Source of the DNA: an uncultured Gemmatimonadales bacterium
GTDB lineage: Bacteria > Gemmatimonadota > Gemmatimonadetes > Gemmatimonadales > GWC2-71-9
Length of the DNA: 64,000 bases
Assembly: GCA_963730185.1 (NCBI GenBank)
Contig: CAVSQW010000008.1
Coordinates: forward strand, 384,001-448,000
Direction: 5' to 3'
Of this stretch, positions 33,607 to 44,664 are shown in pieces. Position numbers and translations under genes: made by a program. Within the stretch, counting starts at the first letter, position 1, and each line of letters opens with the position of its first letter. Below the pieces are notes generated by a model, which was not told the DNA's origin, did not search any database, and saw only the letters and a program-made list of their open reading frames with translations.

Positions 33607-34708
33607 CCAGCTCCCAGGCTCCGCTGGCGGGCGTCGAGCGAGCGCCGGACCAGGACCAGGTCCGTGACGTTGTCCCAGGTCAGGAGCCCGGCCAGGCGGC
33701 CGCCCGGTTCCACCACGGGGAGGGCGGGGAGGCCGCTCAGTTTGAGCCGCTCCAAGGCGGCGTCGAAGCCGAGGTCGGGGGCCAGCGGCTCGACCGGCTT
33801 GGACATGACCTGCTCCACCGTGGCGCCGGGGCCCACGCTGGAGAGTCCCCGCACCAGGTCGTTCCGGGTGAGGAGTCCTTCCAGATGACCGAGGTTGTCG
33901 ACCACCGGGAACTCGCTCTGCTCGCCGGCCAGGAGCAGCTGGGTCGCTCGCTCCAGGGTCTCGTACACCTTGAGCACCACGAAGTCGGTGACCATCATTT
34001 GGGCGGCCGTGAGCCCCCGGCCGGCCGTTTTGAGCTCGACGGCGCGGGCCTCGGCTTCGCCCGCCAGCAAGATGAAGCCGCCGATGATGACCAGCAGGAT
34101 GTTGGCGCCGAAGAGGCCCAGGGCGACCATCCCGCCGGCCAGCAGCTGCGAGACCCGGGTCGCCTTGCGGGTGCCTTCGGCCAGCCCGTAGCGGCTTGCG
34201 AGCCCCGCTCGGAGCACCCGGCCGCCGTCCATCGGGAAGATCGGCAGCAGGTTGAAGACCAGGATCCAAGCGTTGACGGCGGTGAGGCGGGGAAGGAGCG
34301 CCGTCGAGTCGGGATTCAGGTCGGTCCAGTGGAATCCGCCCCGGGTGATCCAGGTCGCGGCGGCGAGGCCGATCGTGATCGCCAGGGTCACGGCGGGCCC
34401 GGCCAGCGCGACCAGCATCTCCTCCGCGGGCGCTCGGGCATCCCTTCCAATCGCGCAATCCCGCCGATCGGCGACAGGATCACGTCCCGGGTGTTGATCC
34501 CGAACCGCCGGCCCATGAGGATGTGGCCGAATTCGTGGAGCAGCACACAGAGGAAGAGGGTCGGGAGGAACACCAGGGAGAACAGCATCAGGCGCTGTCC
34601 GCCAGCCAAGTAGGACTGGTAGGCGTACCACACCACCAGGAGGAAGAAGGTGACGTGGAGCTTGATCTCCACGCCCAGAACCCGACCGAGGCGCCACGAC
34701 CATCGCAT
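33603..34708 (-). CDS. Site-2 protease (M50) with CBS pair, one frameshift near 34435
   Basis: HEFGH in ORF 34388..34708; AGPAV, FNLLPIFPMDGGRVLR and CBS domains in ORF 33603..34871. Confidence 0.85.
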
Positions 34709-34835
34709 GAAGGAAAGATAGACGGACCGGCCGGTCGAGGGATGGCCGGCCGGCGGGACCCCGGGAGGATCGAGAAGCTGCCGCCTTACCTCGCCGGGTC
34801 GATGCCTTTAGAATTCCCGCCCGCGTCAACCGGAG

Positions 34836-36777
34836 GTGACCGATCACGACGCCAGCCAGCTGGTCCATCAAGGACTCCGAGAAGCTCTACAACATGCAGG
34901 GCTGGGGCCAGGGCTATTTCCGGATCAAGCCGAGGGCCACGTGACCGTGCATGCCGATGGAAACCGGAGCGGAACCGGCCTCGACCTCTATCAGCCTGGC
35001 GATGGATCTCAACGCGCAGGGCGATGCGGCCTGCCGCTGCTGCTCCGCTTCTCGGACATCCTGAAGGCCCGAATCCCGAGCTCTGGCCGCCGAGTTCGGC
35101 GCGCGCCATCGACGAGTTCGGCTACGACGGATCGTACACCACCGTCTATCCGATCAAGGTCAACCAGCAGCGGCACGTCGTGCAGGAGATCGTGGAGTTC
35201 GGTCGCCGCCCCACGGCGTGGGGCTCGAATGCGGCAGCAAGGCGGAGCTGCAGGCGGTGCTCGGCCTCACACGAGCCGCACGAGCATCTGATCGTCTGCA
35301 ACGGATACAAGGACGAGGAGTTCATCCGGCTCGCCCTGATGGGCCAGCAGCTCGGGCACCAGGTGTTCATCGTGGTCGAGCAGCTGGACGAGCTCGACGA
35401 GCTCCTGAAGGTGGCCGACGAGATGGGGGTCGTGCCGACCCTCGGCGTGCGGATCAAGCTGGCCACCGAGGGCTCGGGGCGCTGGGCCAAGAGCGGCGGG
35501 GAGCGCTCCAAGTTCGGGCTCGCGGCGGCCGGAGCTCATGCGGCTGCTGGACCGGCTGGACAGCTCGGCCGGCAGGAGCTCGCTCAAGCTGGTCCACTTC
35601 CATCTCGGCAGCCAGATCACCGACATCCGGTACGTCAAGGCCGGGCTGGAGGAGATCGGGCGGTATTACGTCGAGATCCGGCGGATGGGGTTCGACTGAC
35701 CCACGTGGACGTCGGCGGCGGCCTCGGGGTGGACTACGACGGCTCCCGCACCACCCGCTCCGCCAGTATGAACTACACCATGCGGGAGTACGCCAGCGAC
35801 GTGGTCTATACCCTCGGCGACGATCTGCCGGGAGCCGGAGTGCCGATGCCGCACCTGATCTCGGAATCGGGCCGGGCGCTCACGGCCCACCACTCCCTGC
35901 TGCTGGTCAACGTGATCGACGTCGAGGCCCAGATCGAGCCGGTGCCGCCCGTCGCTCGGCGACGACTCCCACCGCGGTCCTGGTCGAGATGGCACGAAAA
36001 CCTCGACGCGCTGACGCCCGACCGGGTGGACGGAGGCGTTCCACGACGCGATCTTCGCCAAGGAGCGGGTCCAGCGAGTACTTCGCGAGCGGCGCTGTTC
36101 ACCCTGCGGGAGCAGGCCGACGCCGAGCAGCTCTACCTCTGCACGCTGAACGCCATCGCGCAGATGATCGGCGAGGAACGGGTCGGCTATCCGGAAATCA
36201 GGGCGCACATCGAGGCGACACTGGTGGACCGGTACTTCTGCAATTTCTCCGTCTTCCAGTCGCTGCCGGACAACTGGGCCATCGACCAGCTCTTCCCGAT
36301 CATGCCGATCCATCGGCTGGACGAAGCGCCCGATCCGGCGCGGCACCATCCAGGACATCACCTGCGACTCCGACGGCGTGATCGACCGGTTCGCCGGCGG
36401 TCGGAAGGGCAAGCCCTCGCCTCGAGCTGCATCCCTACCGCGACGGCGAGCCGTACATCCTCGGCATTTTCCTGACCGGCGCCTATCAGGAGATCCTCGG
36501 TGACCTCCACAACCTGTTCGGCGACACCAACGCGGTGCACGTCCGCTCACGCCCAGCGGCTACGAGATTACCGACCTGGTCCACGGCGATACGGTCACCG
36601 AGGTGCTCAACTACGTCCAGTTCCACGCCTCCGACCTGCTGACCACGTTTCGCCGCAAGGTGGCGGCACGGCCACCAGCCTGACCCGGCAGACGCCAACA
36701 CCTTCATTGCGGATTACGTGGCCGGCCTGGAGGGGTACACGTACCTGGAAGGGGACTTAGTGACTGGGGAGTTGTGA
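34836..36777 (+). CDS. speA: Biosynthetic arginine decarboxylase, many frameshifts, ends approximate
   Basis: Fragments across frames: [98 protein letters not shown]. Confidence 0.88.
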
Positions 36778-36912
36778 GTGGTGATTCGGGAGTCGAGTCG
36801 TGAGTCGGCGAGTAGACCGCGGAGTAGGAGAGGGGTGGCCCTGGCCGCTCACCCCAACTCACCACTCACGACTCGCTCCCAAGTCACCATTCGCAACCCC
36901 CTGCTCCCTATC
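36760..36912. repeat. Degenerate heptamer repeat element at a convergent junction (copy 2)
   Basis: G-rich units (TGGGGAG, TTGTGAG, TCGGGAG, TCGTGAG) followed by C-rich units (CTCACCA, CTCACGA, CTCCCAA, GTCACCA, CTCCCTA). Confidence 0.75.
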
Positions 36913-38201
36913 TCATCGCTTCGCCGATCGGGACGAAGTCCCGCTCGGCTTTCGCCGGTGTAGATCTGCCTCGGCCGGGCGATCTTCTGCTCCTTGTCGC
37001 TGAGCATCTCCTCCCACTGCGCCAGCCAGCCGGGCAGCCGTCCCACCGCGAAGAGCACCGTGAAGTAGTCGGTCGGATAGCCCATCGCCTGGTAGATCAG
37101 ACCCGAGTAGAAGTCCACGTTCGGGTAGAGCTTCCGCTCGACGAAGTAGTCGTCTTCCAGGGCGATCCGCTCCAGCTCCAGCGCGATCTCCAGCTTCGGA
37201 TTCAGCCCGGTCTGGGCGAAGACCTCGTCGGCCGTGCGCTTGATCAGCTTGGCTCGCGGGTCGTACGACTTGTAGACCCGGTGCCCGAAGCCCATCAGCC
37301 GGCCCTCGCCCTTCTTCACCCGCTCGATGAAGCCGGGGATGTTCTTCTTGGTGCCGATCTCGTCCAGCATCCGGAGCACGGCCTCGTTCGCGCCGCCGTG
37401 GAGGGGGCCGTAGAGGGCCGCGATCCCGGCGGATACGGCCGAGAAGGGATCGACGTGCGACGAGCCCACCGACGCGCACCGCGCTGGTCGAGCAGTTCTG
37501 CTCGTGGTCGGCGTGGAGGATCAGCAGAATCTCGAGCGCCCGCTGCAGCACCGGGTTCGGCTGGTGCTGGCCGCCGATCAGAACGTCATGTTGACGTAGT
37601 TGCCGATGTAGTCGAGATCGTTCCGGGGAAACTCGAACGGGCAGGCCGCGGGAGTGCCGGAAGATGAAGGCCGCCAGGGTCGGCATCTTGGCCATCAGCC
37701 GGACCCGCTGGATGTAGCGGTTCTCGGGGTCGTCGATGTGCTTGGCCTCGGGATAGAAGGTCGAGAGCGCCGCTCACCGTCCCCAGCAGCATCCCCATCG
37801 GATGGGCGTCGTAGCGGAAGCCCTCCAGGAACTTGATGATGTTGGTGTGGACGTAGGTGTGGTAGCGGATGTCGTGGGTCCACTTCTCCAGCTGCGCCTG
37901 GTTGGGCAGCTCGCCCTCCGCCAGGAGATAGGCCACTTCGAGGAAGCTGGCCTTCTCGGCGAGCTGCTCGATCGGGTAGCCGCGGTAGCGCAGGATGCCC
38001 CTTGTCGCCGTCGATGAAGGTGATGGCGCTCCGGCACGACGCGGTGTTCATGTACGCCGGGTCGTAGGTCATCAACCCGAAGTCGTCGGTGCCCGTCTTG
38101 ATCTGGCGGAGGTCGATTGCCCGGATGGTGCCGTCGTTGATGGGGAGCTCGTAGCTCTTGCCCGTCCGGTTGTCGGTGATGGAGAGCGTGTCCTTGGCCA
38201 C
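36908..38201 (-). CDS. gltA: Citrate synthase, several frameshifts
   Basis: GTG 38201 reads [77 protein letters not shown]. Confidence 0.9.
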
Positions 38202-38517
38202 CCGCGCCTTCCTTCCGTCTTGAGCAGGGATCCTGAGGCCGAATCGCGAGACCGGCCGCTCCGCGGCCGAAACATAGCCGGGGCCGCACGTCCGGGCAGC
38301 CGTTAGTGGGTCGGCATCGGGTCGGCGACCTCGGGCCGGGGGTGGTGGGGGGTGGGCCGGAGCTCGCTGGAGCCGCGCCGGACCGGCCCCTGCACGGTTT
38401 TTGCACCTGTCGGGCCTTTCCCCGATCGGCCGAGGGAGGCATGGCCCGAACGTCGGGGGTCCTCTTATGATGCAGCCGTCAGGGCGGCGAATGCCGCTCC
38501 GACCCAGATTCGAAAGG

Positions 38518-40576
38518 ATGGCCGGGTTGAGGGTTCGCGCTTCGTTCCTGCTCGCGTTCGGTGCCGTCGCAGTGGGGTGTGGGACGGCCCCGACCACGCC
38601 GCCGGCCACCCCAACCAGCCTCAGCGTCGCTACCCAACCCTCCTCGTCCGCCGGCAGCGGTCGGCCGCTGGGCCAGCAGCCGGTGGTGCAGGTCCTCGAC
38701 GCCGACGGCAACCCGGCCACTGCCCGGGGCGTCCTGGTGACCGCTGCGATCGCGTCGGGCGGGGGCACCCTCTCGGGCGAAGCCGCCATCCGGACGGACG
38801 CCACGGGTAAGGCCGCCTTCACGAATCTCGCCCTGGTCGGCACGGCCGGACCGCGCATCCTCCGGTTCACGGCCAATGGGCTCCAGCCGGCCGTCTCCGC
38901 CCCGATCGGCCTCGGCCCCGGCGACGCCGCCACCATCACGCCGAGTGCCGGGAACAACCAGACGGCGGCCGCCGGGACCGCGGTCGCCGTTGCCCCGGCG
39001 GTCCTGATCGTCGACGGCGCCGGGAACCCGATCTCGGGCATGTCCGTGGCGTTCGTGGTGGAAAGCGGGGGCGGAACGGTCACCAGCGGGGCGGTCGCCA
39101 CCGACGCCAACGGCATCGCGACGGTCGGCGAGTGGCGGCTCGGCCAGAGGGCAGGGCCCAACGCGCTCCGGGCCACCGCGGGAACGCTGGATCTTCTCTT
39201 CACGGCCACCGGGATCGTCGGACCGGCCGCCAAGCTGATCGTCACCGCCGGCAACGCCCAGACCGCGACCATCGGCACGGCCCTGCCGGTCGCGCCGGCG
39301 GTCAAGGTCACCGACGCCTTCGACAACCCGATCACGGGGCTGGCGGTGACTTTCGCCGTGGCCAGCGGCGGCGGCACTGTTACCGGGGCGACCGCGATCA
39401 GCGATGCGACGGGACTCGTCACGTCTGGCGGGTGGACGCTCGGGCTCCTGCCCGGCATCCAGACCGTCACCGCCAGCCGGAGCGGCGGGCCCTCGGTCAC
39501 CGTGACGGCCACCGCGCTCGACTTCCAGGTGGGCGCCATCGCGGTCGGCGGCTTTTCCAGCTGCGCCCTGGTGTCGGGCGTGCCCGACTGCTGGGGATTC
39601 AACGGCAACGGCCAGCTGGGCGACGGCACCACCGTCGCGCGAAGCGTGCCGACTGCGGTGGGGGGCGGGGTCAGCCTTACCGCGATCGATCTCGGGTCCG
39701 GGCACGGATGCGGGCTGGCGACGTCGGGGCTCCTCTGTTGGGGCGCCGACGCGGCCGGCCAGCTCGGGCGACGGCAAGACCAAAGATCGCCCCGTGCCTG
39801 GTCCGGTCAGCGGTGGCGCCTCCTTTACGCAGGTCTCGGCCGGTGACGTCCACACCTGCGCTCTCGACACCGCCGGCCACGCCTGGTGTTGGGGCAACAA
39901 CGGCTCGGGCCGCCTCGGCGACGGGACCACCACCACCCGGCTTCAGCCGACCGCGGTCGCCGGGGGCCATACCTTCACCTCGATCTCGGCCGGCGGCGCG
40001 CACACCTGCGGGCTCCGGACCGACGGCCAGCTGCTCTGTTGGGGGGGCAACAACACCGGTCAGCTCGGGGACAGCACGACCCAGGCCCGCCAGACCCCCA
40101 CCCCGGTCAAGACGGCCTTGTCATTCGTCGCCGTGACCACCGGCGGCTCGCACACCTGCGCCCTCGACAGCGCCGGGGTCGCCTACTGTTGGGGTCTGGG
40201 ACAGCAGGGTGCCCTCGGATCCGGGGCCGCGGCTTCCCAGATCGCTCCAGGCGCCGTCACCGGCGGGCTCACTTTCTCGGTCGTCGCGGCGGGCGGGAAC
40301 CACACCTGTGGGCTCACGACCGGCGTCGGCACGGTGTACTGCTGGGGCGCGAACGCCTCGGGGCAGCTTGGCGACGGCAGCGTCGTGGCGACCCGGCTCT
40401 CCCCGGTGGTGGTGTCGGGGAGCCCGACGGCCACCGCCCTCGCCCTCGGTCAGGAGCACACTTGCATCCGGACCACGGCGGGCAGCGCGGTCTGCTGGGG
40501 ACGGGGAACCGAAGGGCAGCTGGGCGACGGCGGTATCGTCGGGCGGCGGGTGCCGGCCGGTGTGGTGTCGCCCTGA
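38518..40576 (+). CDS. Lipoprotein with bacterial Ig-like repeats and RCC1 beta-propeller, frameshift near 39770
   Basis: Lipobox AVGC; Ig-like repeats (DADGNP, GNNQTA, DAFDNP); about 7 RCC1 repeats (HTC..CWG.N..GQLG). Confidence 0.82.
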
Positions 40577-40588
40577 CCGGACCCCGGG

Positions 40589-40978
40589 TCAGGGGGTGGG
40601 CAGGGTCACCGAGCAGGTGGTGTCGAAGCCGCCTCGGACGTTGTAGACGGTCTTGACCACCAGCCGGGCCGGCTCGAGCAGGCGGAAGAGGTCTTCCGCG
40701 ATCCGAGCGGTGGCGTGCTCCTGGAAGATCCCCACGTTCCGGAAGCTGGTTACGTAGTACTTCAGGCTCTTGAGCTCGACGCATCGCGCCCGGGGTACGT
40801 AGCTGATCACCAGCCGGGCGAAGTCCGGCAGCCCGCTGTAGGGGCACACCGCGCTGAACTCGTTCGTCTCCGTCACGATCTCCTGGGCCGGTCCCTCGTA
40901 TGGGAACGTCTCCAGGGCCGCCACCTCGATGTGCTCCGGCCCCACGAAGGGGAGAGAGCGACCTTCGGCCTCCGCCAT
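40589..40978 (-). CDS. queF: NADPH-dependent preQ0 reductase (type I)
   Basis: EFSAVCPYSGLPDF, VELKSLKYY, QEH, YNVRGG. Confidence 0.93.
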   Translation of the reverse strand: MAEAEGRSLPFVGPEHIEVAALETFPYEGPAQEIVTETNEFSAVCPYSGLPDFARLVISYVPRARCVELKSLKYYVTSFRNVGIFQEHATARIAEDLFRLLEPARLVVKTVYNVRGGFDTTCSVTLPTP

Positions 40979-41098
40979 GACCTTGCTCGCACCGTTGAGA
41001 CGGGGACAATCTAGCCCCGGGCCGAAGGCATGGCAGGGGAGAGCGCGATCCCGCCGAGCCCGGTAGACTTCGCCGGTGTGTTGCCCCGAGCCATCACC

Positions 41099-43285
41099 AT
41101 GATCGCCATCCCCGTCGTCCTGGCGCTGACCCTGACGGCCACCGCGCCGCCCGACACCATCGCCCTCGCCGCCGGGATGGTCATCGACCGGTCGGTCGTG
41201 GTCCGGCCGGGTCGCTACCGCCTGGCGCCACCGCCGGGCGACTCGGTGGCAGTCCGGATCCGGGGGGCGGGCGTGACCGTGGATTTTCAGGGAGCGGTGC
41301 TCGAGGGGACCGACCCCGCGGTCGATGACGACGCCCGCGCCGGGATCGGGATCCTGATCGAGGAGGCCACCGACGTCACCGTCCGCCGAGCCAGGATCCG
41401 GGGGTACCGGGTCGGGGTGCTGGCCCGCGGGGTCCGGGGCCTCTTCCTCGCCGACAACGACGTCAGCGACAACTGGCGACCGCGGCTCTGGAGCGGGCCG
41501 GGCCACGAGAGTCTCGTCGATTGGCTGTCCTTCCATCACAACGAGCGGGACGAGTGGCTCCGATACGGCGCGGGCTTCTATCTGGCCGACGTCGTGGGCG
41601 GCGACGTGCGGGGCAACACCGCCGAGCGGGGCATGAACGGATTGCTGCTGGTGCGGTCGTCCGGCCTCCGGATCTGGAACAACGACTTCTCGTTTCTCTC
41701 CGGGCTCGGGGTGGGCCTCTACCGGTCCACGGAGAACACCATCATGCACAACCGGCTCGACTGGTGCATTCGGGGCTACATGTCCGGCGCTTACAGTCGG
41801 GGCCAGGACTCCGCCGCGCTCCTCCTCTACGAGCAGAGCTCCAACAACGTCGTCGCCTACAACTCGATGACTCATTCGGGCGACGGGCTCTTCCTCTGGG
41901 CGGGACAGTCGACCATGGACACCGGGGCCGGCGGGGCCAACGACAACCTCGTCTTCGGTAACGATCTAAGTTTCGCGGCGGCCAACGGGATCGAGGTGAC
42001 TTTCAGTCGGAACCGGCTGATCGGGAACCTGCTCGAAGGCTCGACCTACGGTGTCTGGGGCGGGTACAGCTTCGAGACGCTGATTCGCGGCAACCGTTTC
42101 CGGGACAACACCACCGGCATCGCCATCGAGCACGGGCAGGACAACGCGATCGTCGCCAACCGCTTCGAGGGAGACCGGACCGCGATCAGTCTCTGGCAGA
42201 ATCCGATCGCTCCGTCGGATCGGGGCTACCCCCGGCATCGTGATACCCGGAGCCGGGACTACCGGATCGAGGGCAACCAGTTCCGCGGCCTTGGGGTCGC
42301 CCTCCGGCTCCGGGCCACCACCGGGGTGACCTTCGGACCCAACGGGATGACCGGCGTCGACTCGGCGATCGTCGCCTCGGGTGACACCACCGGTTGGCGG
42401 TTCCGCGGGGTCACCCCGCCCGAGCCGCCCGGCGACGGCTGGGAGCCGCCCCGGGACGACTCGGCCGCGCCCGCGCCCCTGCCGGGAGCCATCGATCCGA
42501 TGGTTCGGGGCGCCGCACGGCGCGGTCGGGAGGCCATCCTCGTCGATCGGTGGGGGCCCTACGACTGGCGCTCGCCCAGCCTCTGGCGGGCCAGGGTCGC
42601 GGACAGTGCCTATGCCGGCGGGCCGCTGTCTCTCCGGGTGCTGGGACCGCCGGGACGTTGGAGGCTGGTGAGCTCCCGCGGGGTGCGCTCGGTCCGGCCC
42701 GCCGCAGGGCCGGTCGGCGATACCCTCGTGGTGAGGCCCGGGGCGAGCGTCGGGGCCGACTGGTCGGTCACCCTGGAGTACATGGGCCAGGCGGTGACGG
42801 ACTCCCGCGGCGCCCGGATGGCGGCCGGAACGCCCGTCCGGTTCGACCACGCCGAATTCGTTCCCGCCCAGTCGTGGGAGATCCGCGTGGCGAGTTGGGA
42901 CAGCAGCGACGACCTCCCGGGTCACCCGGAGCGGGCCGCGTCCCTGTTGGCCCCCGCACCGGTGCTCCGGCGCCAGAGCCGCCTCGACTACCTCTGGTAC
43001 CGGCCGCCGTTTCCCGGGGTCCCCACCTCGCGGTTCGTGCTGGGCGCCGACGGGGTGGTGAGCCTGCCCGACGGCCGCTTCCGCCTCACCGCGATCAGCG
43101 ACGACGGCATCCGGGTCTGGGTCGACGACCGCCTGGCGATCGACCACTGGGCGCCCCACGAGTCGGCCGTCGACCAAGTGGACGTGTCCGGCGGACGACA
43201 TCGGGTGCAGGTCGAGTACTACCAGGTGGATGGATGGGTGGAGCTCCGCCTGGAGGCCGCGGCGATAGGGAGGACTGATCGGTGA
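41099..43285 (+). CDS. Secreted right-handed parallel beta-helix (NosD-like) protein with C-terminal PA14-like domain
   Basis: Signal peptide; Asn-ladder repeats; SDDGIRVWVDDRLAIDHW..H..VEYYQ (PA14-like). Confidence 0.78.
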   Translation: MIAIPVVLALTLTATAPPDTIALAAGMVIDRSVVVRPGRYRLAPPPGDSVAVRIRGAGVTVDFQGAVLEGTDPAVDDDARAGIGILIEEATDVTVRRARIRGYRVGVLARGVRGLFLADNDVSDNWRPRLWSGPGHESLVDWLSFHHNERDEWLRYGAGFYLADVVGGDVRGNTAERGMNGLLLVRSSGLRIWNNDFSFLSGLGVGLYRSTENTIMHNRLDWCIRGYMSGAYSRGQDSAALLLYEQSSNNVVAYNSMTHSGDGLFLWAGQSTMDTGAGGANDNLVFGNDLSFAAANGIEVTFSRNRLIGNLLEGSTYGVWGGYSFETLIRGNRFRDNTTGIAIEHGQDNAIVANRFEGDRTAISLWQNPIAPSDRGYPRHRDTRSRDYRIEGNQFRGLGVALRLRATTGVTFGPNGMTGVDSAIVASGDTTGWRFRGVTPPEPPGDGWEPPRDDSAAPAPLPGAIDPMVRGAARRGREAILVDRWGPYDWRSPSLWRARVADSAYAGGPLSLRVLGPPGRWRLVSSRGVRSVRPAAGPVGDTLVVRPGASVGADWSVTLEYMGQAVTDSRGARMAAGTPVRFDHAEFVPAQSWEIRVASWDSSDDLPGHPERAASLLAPAPVLRRQSRLDYLWYRPPFPGVPTSRFVLGADGVVSLPDGRFRLTAISDDGIRVWVDDRLAIDHWAPHESAVDQVDVSGGRHRVQVEYYQVDGWVELRLEAAAIGRTDR

Positions 43286-43411
43286 GGGTGACCAGGGAGT
43301 GAGCAGGTCCCGTGAGTAGGCCCCCACTCACGATCGCCAACTCACTCCCAACTCACTACTCCCAACTCCCAACTCACTCCCTAGTCCCTACTCCCAACTC
43401 ACGAGTCCCTA
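43283..43411. repeat. Degenerate heptamer repeat element at a convergent junction (copy 3)
   Basis: CTCCCAA-CTCACTA-CTCCCAA-CTCCCAA..CTCCCTA-GTCCCTA-CTCCCAA-CTCACGA-GTCCCTA; hairpin CGTGAGT..ACTCACG at 43311-43332. Confidence 0.82.
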
Positions 43412-44591
43412 TCCGTTCTTCCGGTGCCATGCCGCCAGGACCGCCGCCTCGCGGTCCGGCTTGAGGCCGGCCTTCAGATTGGCTTGCCGCTCGGCGGGCC
43501 AGGTCTGGTACCAGTCGATCGTGTCCTTGGCCGTCACCGCCAAGGGGCGGAAGGTCAGACCCTTGCTCACCGCCCGGTCGATCTTGGTCGCGCCCAACAG
43601 GCCGAACGGGGTGCCCGGCGGGAACCCAGACCGGCATGTCGCTCCATGCCCTGACCTTCTGCTCCTCGAGGAAGTGGTCGGCAGCCACGTGAATCTGATG
43701 TCGTTGCTGCCGCTCGTGACCGCCCGGATCCGTACAGCATCTCGGCGAACGACAGACGGCGAACGGGGACCGGTGGCGTTGTAGATCCCGTGTCCGCCTG
43801 CTCGCCCATGCGGACGGTCCACTCGGCTGAGATCGCGGGCGTCGATGATCTGGGCCGGGCCCGTGGGCGTTTCCGGGAGCCATGACCTCGCCGCCGCGGT
43901 CGATCCGCACCGGCCAGTAGCGTGAAGCGGTCGGACGGATCTCCCGGGCCCACGATCAGGCCCGGGGCGGATGACGGTGGTCTTGCCCGGGAACCACTTC
44001 TCGGCCTCCTTCTCCGAGAGCGCCTTGAGCGGCCCGTAGACTGGCCCAGCTCGGGGGTCATCGTCTGTGCGAGAGCGGGTCGTCGGAGCGGTCCCACTGT
44101 AGGGCAGCGGCGCGTTCTCGTCGGCGGCCCGGTGTAGCTTCGGTGCGTCGTAGACCGAGATGGTCGAGATGAAGACGTACTGCCCGGCGTGCCCCGCGAG
44201 CACCACGCCGGCGTCGCGTGACCCAGCGGGGCAGGGTCGTGGGGTTGTCGATCACCACGTCCCAATCGCGCCCCTCGAGCGCTCTCGAGATCCCCGGTGG
44301 TGCGATCACCGACTGAGATGCTCGACCGCGTCCGGAAGGTCCGCGTCGACGTCGCCCGCGGTTGAACACCGTCACCTTGTGGCCCCGCGCGACCGCGTAG
44401 CGCACCTCGTACGGTCCGATGAACCCGGTGCCGCCCAGGATCAGGATGTCGAGTGGCCGCCGAGCCCGCGGGACGGCGCCGGGCCCCGGCGCCCGGACGG
44501 CGGGCTGCAGCGGTCGGCCGGAGCGGCCGATGAGCGACCACGCGCCGAGCGTGGCGGCGGAGGCGTGGAAGAAATCGCGTCTCGTGGACAT
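43409..44591 (-). CDS. Tat-exported NAD-dependent epimerase/dehydratase family protein, many frameshifts
   Basis: MSTRRDFF twin-arginine signal, ILGGTGFIG, YVFISTISVY, YGPLKALSE, GLTFRPL. Confidence 0.82.
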
Positions 44592-44664
44592 GCCGTTTCC
44601 TGGTGGCGTGCGGGGACCATTCGAATTCCGACAACGGACGTTCTCGCCCCAAGGTTAGTGCCGA

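Noticed and set aside
34836..38201. Programmed frameshifting or pseudogenisation of speA and gltA
   Set aside because: Too many scattered indels, no consistent slippery sites, and neighbouring genes are affected alike; assembly error is more likely.
40979..41098. preQ1 riboswitch upstream of queF
   Set aside because: No preQ1-I stem-loop with an A-rich tail is visible, and queC is internal to an operon.
43283..43411. CRISPR array or tRNA in the repeat elements
   Set aside because: Units are degenerate 7-mers with no repeat-spacer structure or cloverleaf, and there are no cas genes.
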